From Gammaproteobacteria bacterium (GTDB taxonomy: Bacteria > Pseudomonadota > Gammaproteobacteria > Eutrophobiales > Eutrophobiaceae), in contig OZ220696.1 in the NCBI GenBank assembly GCA_965116495.1, positions 2,624,001 to 2,688,000 of the forward strand: DNA of 64,000 bases, written 5' to 3'. Below are positions 1 through 9,084 of the stretch, one piece after another. Each line of letters opens with the position of its first letter. Position 1 is the first letter of the stretch. The notes beneath the pieces are model-generated. The model had not been told where the DNA came from, did not search any database, and saw only the letters and a list, made by a program, of their open reading frames with translations. The position numbers and the translations under genes are program-made.

Positions 1-295
1 ATACAATGTCAGATGTACAAGCCAAACCATTATTTAAATTTTTACTCAGTTGTTCCGAAATACGTCTTGGCATCTCAAGACGCAGGTTTTCCGGTTTTAT
101 CCTGCCCAGGTCCAATTCAAGTTTATCAATTTGATACTCCACGTCAGAACCGGCCAGCTTTGAGAAGTGTTCATCCAGTAATTGTTCGATCTGTCTTCGA
201 TAAATATTAATAACGTCATGTTCCAACTGTTTGGCTTGCGCTCCTGAATGAAAATGCAAACTGAAAGTCAGCTTCTTGATAATGTGCTTTTGCAT
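1..295 (-). CDS. eCIS tape measure protein (Afp14-like), N-terminal part; runs off window
   Basis: Not in ORF track. Manual translation from ATG at 295: MQKHIIKKLTFSLHF...YQIDKLELDLGRI. The HII...IDxLELDLG pattern is typical of CIS tape measure N-termini; follows the Afp12-like gene. Confidence 0.8.
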   Translation of the reverse strand, partial: MQKHIIKKLTFSLHFHSGAQAKQLEHDVINIYRRQIEQLLDEHFSKLAGSDVEYQIDKLELDLGRIKPENLRLEMPRRISEQLSKNLNNGLACTSDIV

Positions 296-325
296 TTTGT
301 TCCTGTGGTTAATCTTGTTCCCAAT

Positions 326-3154
326 CTATAGACTCGCATCCCCCCCTGCGCCTGGCGTATCATCCTGGAGAGGTTTTTCAAGAGTGTTCTCTTGACTGGG
401 ACTCTCCCAAACAGCAACATTTTCATCAATAGCCTGAGGAGCTTCTATGGCACTATGTTGAACCAGCCATCCGAGTAATTTACTCGCTTTTAATGTGGTA
501 TCGATTTTTTGGCTGTTGGATTGCGGGGCCGCTTTAGCAGTCAGCCAAGCCTGGTAATCAACCTCGAATTGCTGCAAAACCGCATCTTCAAACCAGAACA
601 GGCATGGAGTGATATGGGCTGGCGTTTCTTTTTTGATTACCTCTGCTACCAGGCCACGAAACTGTTGTCCTCCGGCGCTGTCCTTGAAGCGCCCGATTGA
701 TCCCGGAAAAATAAAGCTTACCTGGCAAGAATATGGATCGGCGTGTACAGGATAACGATACCAACCGGTATCCGGACTATCCGTTGTGAATGCAGCTTGA
801 AACGGCACATCAATCTCAAATCCAGTCTGTTGTATATTGAATGCCTTATGCATACCGTTTAATTCGGAGGCGTCAGCGCCGGTGACGATGACTGCATCTC
901 CTTCTCCCAGCCCACGCAGCTGTGGTACGGTAAAGTACGTAGTATGATGAGTATCGTCAAGGTTACGCGTGCCCTGTTTGATTTGGTCAATTTCGTTCAG
1001 GAAGGAAATAACCTGATCACGCATTTGTACTTCCGACACCCAGTTGCCTGTTTCCAGTACCTGAGGGTCGGATGGTATTACATAGTCATCTGAAATATGA
1101 AAGGTGTGGGCATCAACAACCTGGACAGCATAGTTTGACACCTGGTAATTACCATGGGTGGTTTGCGTGAAGTTAACCACGTCATTATCTTTTAATCCAT
1201 GTTCCTCAGTGCCCTTGCATAATATTTCACCCGGGCCAGCAGCACCAAAGGTGATACGACCTTGCGGCAAATCCGGGCGCAACAAGATATGGTCAACCAG
1301 GTGAAATCCTTCTGCTGCCTGGTCAGAGGGATTTTTTGAAGATGCTAACGACCGGTGACTAACGTCCTGGATATCCAGTAGCCGGCTGATACGCTTTTTC
1401 AAACCCGCAACATCATCAGTACCAGCGCTATTGACATCCGTATAATCGAATCCTTTGGTGCGGTTCCGGCTCAAATCAGCATAATCCTGCAGAAACCGTT
1501 GCTTCGCGGGGATGACTTTAACAGCCGTTGAAATCCGCCCTGTTAAGTTGCCGTTATCTCCAGTAAGTGGATATAACGTAGCGGCTGATGTGAAGTCCTG
1601 TCCATGACGCGCTAACAGGTGATTGAGAACCCGGTTCATTCGGTCGGTGTCAATATCAGGCTCGGTCACTGTTGAAGCCAGCTTGGATGAGTAACCAGAA
1701 CCATACCCCGCAATGATGTCCTCAACCCCAGCCACGTCTGAGGATAACTCAGTGGTAAAATATGTGGGTGATGGTGATTCTGCTTCGGCAATACCTCTGT
1801 CCGGTCGAACTGCAAATAATTCTCTGGTATGAGCCAGTTGCACCAGGTAATTGAGCAGCAACTGGTCAAACACCATGAGATAAGCTTGTAGCTGTTTTGC
1901 CTGGGCTTGACGCAGTTCACTCGCCGAATCGGATAAACCATGTCTTCCTACTCCGTAATTGCCGGGCAATTCGTTTTGCACGGAAACAAAATCTGTCAGG
2001 CTCCTGTACCTTCCTGCAGGGGGACTTAAATCCTGAGATATAATCGGATCTATTACGGTTTTTCTTTCCCGAGCCTGGTAAGCTTCTACCTTCCTGATAA
2101 CAATGTCTTTGTTGGGCAACACCGTCGCCGTACCCTCATGGGTGGAAAAAGTTACATCATTATCGTCGAAAAATTGTACAAGCGGCTTCAATACCGGTTT
2201 GGTATTGGCCGGGTCACTGATTTTTAATATCCAGTCTACGGGTGATTGCCGGCCTTGAGAAAGGCGCACCTTCTTAACCGCAGCGATACCGTCAATATCC
2301 AGTAACAAGGTTATGATGTCAGCGGTGTGGAGTTCCGTCCCGCGTTGGAATCTCAATAATTCATCATCATCCAAAAAGCCATGATCCAATACAGGTCCCT
2401 TAAAAATATCCTCAACCCTGTGGCCTGACGCCAGTCTTTCATCCAGCGTATAAAATTCAGGCGTAGGTGACAAATAATGATTTAAAGCAATGTAGACATC
2501 AGCCAAAATTTCATTAACGTCTGCATCATGATGGATTTCAATACCTGCCTTTATGGTAATTTCATCGTTGACAAGAACGCGAACCTCCGAAAAATCTTCG
2601 CCCACGTTACGAAATTGATGAAGCCGTTTCTTTACCCGCTCAATTACGGTATCCCCTTGCTCACTGCCGTCCAACTCGAGTAGTACCCGGTATAATCCGT
2701 TCAACGTACGAAGATGATCAGTTTCTGCGGTAGTAACAGGAAAGCTGAGTGATGCGGTAGCAGGATCATAGGCTACTGGAATCTCACAGGATTCGGCCTT
2801 TTCCAGCCATGCGTTCTTTACCCCGTTGATATCGATCAACAGTTTACGGTAGTCGATTGCGGTCTGTGGATTGACAGGCAGGATTTCTCCGGCGGAAAAG
2901 AATTGTTTGGCGGTAGCGTGACTGTCCGGGTTCTTAGCCAACAGGTCCTGCATATCAAACCCGAGGCGATAACTCAGGTCCGTTATGGCATAACAAAGGC
3001 TTTCCAACAAGGTTATTCCGGGGTCCGTTACATTATGGTCGGTCCAGACTTGTCCCGCTAACCTGGTGATAAGTTGTTGTCCTTCATTACGCAACCGTGT
3101 GTAATCCATCCCGGGTTCGAGCGGATCGTTGGTGATTGTTATTGGGTCTGACAT
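326..3154 (-). CDS. eCIS baseplate protein (Afp12-like)
   Basis: WTDHNVTDPGITLLE, QAKQLQAYLMVFDQLL, EGFHLVDHILLRP, DPYSCQVSFIFP and ETPAHI motifs; context. Confidence 0.88.
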   Translation of the reverse strand: MSDPITITNDPLEPGMDYTRLRNEGQQLITRLAGQVWTDHNVTDPGITLLESLCYAITDLSYRLGFDMQDLLAKNPDSHATAKQFFSAGEILPVNPQTAIDYRKLLIDINGVKNAWLEKAESCEIPVAYDPATASLSFPVTTAETDHLRTLNGLYRVLLELDGSEQGDTVIERVKKRLHQFRNVGEDFSEVRVLVNDEITIKAGIEIHHDADVNEILADVYIALNHYLSPTPEFYTLDERLASGHRVEDIFKGPVLDHGFLDDDELLRFQRGTELHTADIITLLLDIDGIAAVKKVRLSQGRQSPVDWILKISDPANTKPVLKPLVQFFDDNDVTFSTHEGTATVLPNKDIVIRKVEAYQARERKTVIDPIISQDLSPPAGRYRSLTDFVSVQNELPGNYGVGRHGLSDSASELRQAQAKQLQAYLMVFDQLLLNYLVQLAHTRELFAVRPDRGIAEAESPSPTYFTTELSSDVAGVEDIIAGYGSGYSSKLASTVTEPDIDTDRMNRVLNHLLARHGQDFTSAATLYPLTGDNGNLTGRISTAVKVIPAKQRFLQDYADLSRNRTKGFDYTDVNSAGTDDVAGLKKRISRLLDIQDVSHRSLASSKNPSDQAAEGFHLVDHILLRPDLPQGRITFGAAGPGEILCKGTEEHGLKDNDVVNFTQTTHGNYQVSNYAVQVVDAHTFHISDDYVIPSDPQVLETGNWVSEVQMRDQVISFLNEIDQIKQGTRNLDDTHHTTYFTVPQLRGLGEGDAVIVTGADASELNGMHKAFNIQQTGFEIDVPFQAAFTTDSPDTGWYRYPVHADPYSCQVSFIFPGSIGRFKDSAGGQQFRGLVAEVIKKETPAHITPCLFWFEDAVLQQFEVDYQAWLTAKAAPQSNSQKIDTTLKASKLLGWLVQHSAIEAPQAIDENVAVWESPSQENTLEKPLQDDTPGAGGDASL

Positions 3155-3211
3155 ATTTGGTTTTTACCCCGGTACATTAGGAAACCCATATCGGTTTTGG
3201 GCTCTCTTTAC

Positions 3212-3478
3212 TTATTTATCTTCGAATATCTGCTCATCCGGTGAAACCGGAATACGAACTTCGGCTGTTTCCTCGACTAAATCGCTCGGCGTCTGCTGGT
3301 CAGCTTGAAATGAGATCTCTTTGAGTACCATAATGGCCCCCTGAATTCGAAAAAGTGTCTCTCTCAATTCCATCCTTTCTCGTTCCATCCTTATCAACTT
3401 GGCATTGCCTTGTTCAAACTCCTGATTCAGTTCTGCAAGTCGTTTATTTATTTGTTCAGGCATAAGTCGATCAATCAA
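3212..3478 (-). CDS. small coiled-coil protein associated with eCIS fibre gene
   Basis: 88 aa heptad pattern ending LRETLFRIQGAIMVLKEI; directly downstream of the fibre gene. Confidence 0.6.
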   Translation of the reverse strand: MIDRLMPEQINKRLAELNQEFEQGNAKLIRMERERMELRETLFRIQGAIMVLKEISFQADQQTPSDLVEETAEVRIPVSPDEQIFEDK

Positions 3479-3504
3479 TATATGGGGAAAACAGCTGACT
3501 GACG

Positions 3505-4383
3505 CTATTGATATTGGAGCGCAAATGTATAGAAAACACCATTTGTTTCATCAACTTCATACCTTTTTACCAGCAGTCCTACTACAACCTTATTTTCAGG
3601 TACCTCAATAGCATACTCTCTAGGGTTTTCGCCTTGGTGATCACCCTCGAACTCTGTTTTATCTATCTCCCCAGCAAGTGACAGACTCCCTGCTGTAATA
3701 CTTCCGGAGACGGTAAGATTTCCATCGACCTGGGCTTCGCTTGTAACGCGTAGACTACCTGCTACGTGAAGTGTATCGGTTTGATCGGCATCACTACCAA
3801 TCGAGACATTGCCGCTATCATGGATCATCAACCCATCTGCGCCGCCGGCATTGCACAGCATCAAGCCACCACTGTCTCGCGCGCGGACTTCATCAGTTGC
3901 CACATGTTGGGCACCTCCAATGGTCAGAGTGCCATCTACAGTTGTATCGCCCATTGCATGCAGTGTATCGGTTATACTCAAGTTGCCTCGCGTTGACAGA
4001 TTTCCCCCTGTCTCTATATTGCCGTCAACCTTCAGACTATTTGGCCCCGGGTCAGTAGTTTCAGTATTACCGATATATACACCGCCTTTGACTGCCAGTT
4101 GTGCTGTCGGATTGGTAAAACCGGCTCCTATTCCAACATTTCCGTGTACAAATAATCCGTTGCCCGGCGCGCTATCGTTATTCGGTGATACGGTGACACT
4201 CCCTTTGACAGACAACCTTGACGGCGGGTTGCTATGGCCCAAACCCAGGTTGCCACCCTCATCAAATATGCCGTTATGCGCCAGGTTGAGACTTGAATCA
4301 ATCAGGTCAGCAAACTGTTCCTGCGTCGGTCTGGCGCCTGTCTTAAAATAGCCCTTTAATGTTGTTCTGTTTTGTTGAGACAT
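3505..4383 (-). CDS. eCIS tail fibre (Afp13-like), short
   Basis: N-terminus RTTLKGYFKTGARPTQEQFADLIDS is the typical eCIS fibre anchor; GNVGIG/LxVxG shaft repeats follow. Confidence 0.85.
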   Translation of the reverse strand: MSQQNRTTLKGYFKTGARPTQEQFADLIDSSLNLAHNGIFDEGGNLGLGHSNPPSRLSVKGSVTVSPNNDSAPGNGLFVHGNVGIGAGFTNPTAQLAVKGGVYIGNTETTDPGPNSLKVDGNIETGGNLSTRGNLSITDTLHAMGDTTVDGTLTIGGAQHVATDEVRARDSGGLMLCNAGGADGLMIHDSGNVSIGSDADQTDTLHVAGSLRVTSEAQVDGNLTVSGSITAGSLSLAGEIDKTEFEGDHQGENPREYAIEVPENKVVVGLLVKRYEVDETNGVFYTFALQYQ

Positions 4384-4489
4384 TTGATATTACTCCCGAA
4401 GAAAAATGGCGAATTACAATTACATCAGGACAGTGGGTACTATTGCCGTCCCGTTACAAGCCTGCTTGCAGGAACAACGTTTTTCGATA

Positions 4490-7400
4490 TCAGGGAACGA
4501 TGAAATCCACGTCCACTGCCATATAGCCAATCCCGCTGAACTGTATGGCTTCAAATTCATCCGTAACCACGTCAATAAAATGGTTTGCTGAAGAAATAAG
4601 AATCGAATCGGGGAAACGGGTTTCAACTACATCCTGGTCCAGTGGAGATAGCTGCTGCCTGCCAACGGAACCCTCGCTATCCCGGTTGATAAGAACGTGA
4701 TCGATCAATGTCACATTACCGACAAAATCTACATAGGACAGATTTGTAATAAAGCGGATCAATGATGACCGGTGAAGGGTGCCCCCGAATGTGACGTCTG
4801 CCTGGTTATTATAGGCCCATGGAGACAGATAGTTGATTATATCCTGATTTAATTGTCTGATATAAAACCCCTCACTTCCTTTTTGTTTGAATTTTAACGT
4901 TACCCGGTACCTGATTTCTTCATAACGTGGATTAACCACATCAACATCAACAAACGGGGAAACCCTGTCGTGCAAATAACCTGCAATTCGCCTGCGTAAT
5001 TTTTGTGAAACCTTCGGCCGCAAGGGGAAAACCGGTGTCTGGCCGGCGAGGTTTGGGACAACGACCAGTTTTACCTTCGCAGCTCCCGGATCATTTTCCT
5101 GCGCGGTCTGATTCAGGCATTTTACTTTACAGATATCAGGGAATTGTTCCAATACCAAACGCTCATAATCCCACATAGTGATTGCACGATCTTTATGCCG
5201 GAGCCTTTCACTGACTCGTCTTAAAAACTGCGCATAATCTTCCTGCCCTTTACCTCCAAAAGAGCTATAAGGCTGATTGACTGTATCGATAGCCGAGACC
5301 GGTGTTACCAGTTTTGTAATGCTGTTCGCCGGCAACGTCTCATTTAAATGTTCCGACGCCGGCGTCTGCAGAAGATGTGTCGCACTTACCGCCTGGGGGA
5401 TAATTGCGATTGCTTCAGGAAAGGCATTGACATTGTCCGGCACCCGTGCTCCAAACCAGTGAAAACCTTTTGGCATTAAGTTACTCGAGGAGGTCGCAGG
5501 AGGATGCGACTCGGTTGCATCAAGTGATGATGGAGGATGAAAGCGAATAATGCCCGTATTCAACATCCCGTTGGTACTATCAGACACGAATTCTTCGTCG
5601 TTGAACTTTATCCAGTTATCGTTACTCAGGTAATTCCAGCTCACCTCAGGTGGTTCAAGATCAGGGTTTTCATTTCCTTCATCCATTTGAAAAAGTAGTG
5701 AGAGTTCCTGTTTATCCTGTAGATCCTGTATGCCGATATACAGGTGGCCATTTTCACTGTATTGAGGTAACAGAAAATACCCCGCAGGATCACCGCGCTG
5801 GTCAGTCAATAAATTCGTTTTCAGCAGGTCCACCTGACCAAACGGATGTATTTGCAAGACTTGTATTGGAACGCCTGGTTGGCCTGCTTTGGTAAAATCA
5901 ACCGTACTGGTGCAGGAGTAATTTACGGACACGTGCCTGAGCTGTGGAATGTATGGCTGGTTAATCTGTTCCTGTGCTCCGAGATTTTGCGGCGCCACCA
6001 GATAGGCGTCTTGCAAGAAAGTGGAATTCGCGCCGGTCAACTCCAGTTTAAAATATCGATCCCAATCGAACGGATCATCCGACTCCGTACTTGCCAAATC
6101 CATATCATAATAGCCGTCAGAAAGGGTGGCGAAATTATACGAGATACTACTGGTTGAATTAAGAGTAGCTTCCGGCGTCTCAGAGTTAAATAACTTTTCA
6201 GGTTCAATAGAGCTGAACATTCGACTATCAAATACTTTCAACTCTACTTCAAAATCATCATCAGCCACCTCAATAATCTCACCATTGATGTTTTTATAAC
6301 CCTGGTAGTGTCCCGTTTCGGAACTGAAACTTCCCGGTAGATTTATCCACTCGAGATGAAACGTGATCTCTTTCAAGCGCTTTTGGCTGATTTCATCATT
6401 AGCTATATAAAACCCGGCCAGGTGATGCGGATTGTGACCAAAAGGCGCAAATGTGCTTTTTGTATTTAGGACGTGATGGTCGTTTCGGACTGCCAGGTTT
6501 TGTACGCCTGTACCAATTCCGTCACCCACGCTGACATCCAGAGTCAACTGTTGCAGTTGTAGCTCTTGAAGCTTCGTATAATACAGGTTGTTTTGAGTAC
6601 TACCGTCCTCAATGATATCTTTTACCGACAGTCTTATTACCGGATGTGGCGACGTAAGGGGCTGAACCGGGCTGAAAGTTGATGTATCGACAACAGGCGC
6701 AAGCGTGGCAGGAGCAGATTCTTTCAACGTAATCTTCAACGTCAGTTTCTGTCCTGAGACAGAGAAGTCAGTCTCGATATCTTCACGTTCGGCGCCAAAC
6801 CATGGCAGGTCTGCTCCGCCGGTAAAATCTACCCTTAATCCCCCAGTCAGCGCATTACTTGTCTCTGCATTCAATCGATTTTTAAACGTGAAATGCAAGT
6901 TGATAATCCGTTTACCCTCTTTTAACAAAAGCAAAGACGAACTGACGGCAAAACCAAGGCGGAGGGATTTTGTATCGACTCTGGCGTCGGCAAAACTCTG
7001 ACTGGTCTCACCGAACGCTGAGAAACTATCAGGGAGATGAATCTTGTCGCGGGCAAAGACTGCCCTTGGCGCTAAACGTTGTACCTGAATACTGTTTAAT
7101 GAAGGAGCATAGCCCTCTTTGGCGCTTTGCGCTCGTTCCACGATTTCATAAACACGCTGCCAGGCCGGATCATTGAGGTTTGTGACACGTTGATGGGTAT
7201 CCATCATATATCGGAAATCATCGGCGCTCATGTACAATTGCTTGCTCACATACGCTTGCGCGTCGTCATACGCGCCATCACCGGGCGAAGAAGTCTGAAG
7301 CAACCCATTCACTGTATCCAGCGTTTGTCTGCTATCAGCCTGTATCACTTGGACAAATGGGGGCAATTGATTGGCTTCTCCAGCGCCAAAGACATACTCA

Positions 7401-8536
7401 TTCATAGCGATAAAGCCATTATTTTGGGCTTTTCCATTAATCTCTTTCAGCGTTTTCTGCCTTGTTTTTGTTTTGCATTTCAGGAAGGCGCTTTCTATGT
7501 AATCGTATGCCTGCCGCCATTCTTCAGCGCCGGGATGATTAACCGGGTTTTCATCCTGCTGCCTTTCATTAAGGCCCATCACATAGCTAAAGTCTTCAAC
7601 GCGGGCGAAATTCAGTTGATCCAGGATATAATTATAATCATCTTCGTGAGAAGCAAGGGCCGTCGCATAGTCAAGATCCTTGATATGATTATAAACAGTC
7701 TTTAAAGCGCCGAGATCGACAGACGTATCACTTGCAGTATTGTCAGGATAAAGAGGTAAATCGTCACCCTGGTTGGGGTAGCCTAACCCCCATTTCAACA
7801 CACTGAAAAAGTCTTCACCTGACTTAACTTCAGGATCCTGCGGCGCGACCGAGTTGTGGATTGACTTGAGATCAATGACCTTTCTCCGGACATGTAATGT
7901 ATTCACCCTGGCTAATACCGCACGATTTATAACGATATCATCATCCAGAGAATACTGCCGGGGCTTACCTGATCTGTCCTGACCCCCATCAAGTAAAGTG
8001 GACTTTTTCAACAGGTATTCCGTTTCACCATCGGCGAGTTCGAAAACTACATTAACCCGATCCGGCATTGCCGGTTTTTCTGTTAGTCGCAGCACATCGC
8101 GATAATAATAATCCAGGTGTCTGCGCGTCAGGTCGGTGAACTGTTGCCTGGCATACCCCAATAATTTTAAACAGACCAATAACAACACTCTATGGGGAGC
8201 AGAGTACAGACTGAGTTTCTGTGGGTCACCTGCATACTTGTCAGGGTTTTCCAGGTAATCGGCCATTTCGATGAGATATTGCTTCTCATCATCAGTCAAT
8301 CCTTCGTTATCGCGACTATGACCAGGAACTTGATCGCCTCCGAAAAAGAGCTTCCAATTACCTTCAGGATGATTACTGCTATTATAAAATTTCAGTTGCT
8401 CGGCGAATTTAAGGACAAATTTCAGCAAATCTTTTACTGAGCGTTCCTCAATACTGACATAACTCAGGTCCAACGCAGGAAGTTTACGGTCTTGCTGGCT
8501 GACGCCGTCACTAAATGTATTATCTTTTAAAATCAA
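4490..8536 (-). CDS. eCIS baseplate J/gp6-like protein (Afp11-like)
   Basis: RHLDYYYRDVLRL, RVSERLRHKDRAITMWDYERLVLEQFP and YLSPWA motifs; TTG start. Confidence 0.9.
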   Translation of the reverse strand: MILKDNTFSDGVSQQDRKLPALDLSYVSIEERSVKDLLKFVLKFAEQLKFYNSSNHPEGNWKLFFGGDQVPGHSRDNEGLTDDEKQYLIEMADYLENPDKYAGDPQKLSLYSAPHRVLLLVCLKLLGYARQQFTDLTRRHLDYYYRDVLRLTEKPAMPDRVNVVFELADGETEYLLKKSTLLDGGQDRSGKPRQYSLDDDIVINRAVLARVNTLHVRRKVIDLKSIHNSVAPQDPEVKSGEDFFSVLKWGLGYPNQGDDLPLYPDNTASDTSVDLGALKTVYNHIKDLDYATALASHEDDYNYILDQLNFARVEDFSYVMGLNERQQDENPVNHPGAEEWRQAYDYIESAFLKCKTKTRQKTLKEINGKAQNNGFIAMNEYVFGAGEANQLPPFVQVIQADSRQTLDTVNGLLQTSSPGDGAYDDAQAYVSKQLYMSADDFRYMMDTHQRVTNLNDPAWQRVYEIVERAQSAKEGYAPSLNSIQVQRLAPRAVFARDKIHLPDSFSAFGETSQSFADARVDTKSLRLGFAVSSSLLLLKEGKRIINLHFTFKNRLNAETSNALTGGLRVDFTGGADLPWFGAEREDIETDFSVSGQKLTLKITLKESAPATLAPVVDTSTFSPVQPLTSPHPVIRLSVKDIIEDGSTQNNLYYTKLQELQLQQLTLDVSVGDGIGTGVQNLAVRNDHHVLNTKSTFAPFGHNPHHLAGFYIANDEISQKRLKEITFHLEWINLPGSFSSETGHYQGYKNINGEIIEVADDDFEVELKVFDSRMFSSIEPEKLFNSETPEATLNSTSSISYNFATLSDGYYDMDLASTESDDPFDWDRYFKLELTGANSTFLQDAYLVAPQNLGAQEQINQPYIPQLRHVSVNYSCTSTVDFTKAGQPGVPIQVLQIHPFGQVDLLKTNLLTDQRGDPAGYFLLPQYSENGHLYIGIQDLQDKQELSLLFQMDEGNENPDLEPPEVSWNYLSNDNWIKFNDEEFVSDSTNGMLNTGIIRFHPPSSLDATESHPPATSSSNLMPKGFHWFGARVPDNVNAFPEAIAIIPQAVSATHLLQTPASEHLNETLPANSITKLVTPVSAIDTVNQPYSSFGGKGQEDYAQFLRRVSERLRHKDRAITMWDYERLVLEQFPDICKVKCLNQTAQENDPGAAKVKLVVVPNLAGQTPVFPLRPKVSQKLRRRIAGYLHDRVSPFVDVDVVNPRYEEIRYRVTLKFKQKGSEGFYIRQLNQDIINYLSPWAYNNQADVTFGGTLHRSSLIRFITNLSYVDFVGNVTLIDHVLINRDSEGSVGRQQLSPLDQDVVETRFPDSILISSANHFIDVVTDEFEAIQFSGIGYMAVDVDFIVP

Positions 8537-8652
8537 TTTATTACCTTCACTTGTTATTTACCAAAAACAATTGGTTAATCAACCATCCGGCCACGAAACC
8601 GAATTCCGACAGAAGCAAGTATGATTGTAATACTCAGAAGGGGAGAGTTACT

Positions 8653-9072
8653 TCAGGTTACTGCATTTGCCTCATTGAGGTGAAACGGATAAACCAGGTT
8701 AAACCGGCTATTGGTGGTTTTGATCGTATATTCAATATTGATGTTCAGCAGGCCTGTGTCATTTTGATCCTGGAAAACATTGACATTGACCAGATTGACT
8801 CTCGGCTCGTATAACAAAATCGCATCAGTGACGCTGTTCCGGATCTTGGCAATCGTCCTTTGATCAATTGGTTCAAACAATAACCGGGCTAACCCGCAGC
8901 CGTATTCCGGCTGCATTAAACGTTCACCGATGTTTGTGGTGAGCAAGGCCTTCAGGCTTTGGGAAATATTTTCAGGACCTGACGCCAGCGCGGTTATCGC
9001 AGAAGCATCACCCTTGCTGAACTCCGGCGGGAATTGCCAACCGATACCCGAGAATTTATTTTCAGTTGTCAT
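8653..9072 (-). CDS. baseplate wedge gp25/GPW family (Afp9-like)
   Basis: GIGWQFPP, GERLMQPEYGCGL, YEPRV, NLVYPF motifs. Confidence 0.92.
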   Translation of the reverse strand: MTTENKFSGIGWQFPPEFSKGDASAITALASGPENISQSLKALLTTNIGERLMQPEYGCGLARLLFEPIDQRTIAKIRNSVTDAILLYEPRVNLVNVNVFQDQNDTGLLNINIEYTIKTTNSRFNLVYPFHLNEANAVT

Positions 9073-9084
9073 ATGTATTAACTA

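Noticed and set aside
2909-2920. Perfect ops-like GGCGGTAGCGTG (RfaH site)
   Set aside because: On the + strand, antisense to the operon and deep inside a CDS; no RfaH/NusG gene in the window.
8555-8563. Near match TATTTACCA upstream of the baseplate gene
   Set aside because: One mismatch and no accompanying -35/-10 elements.
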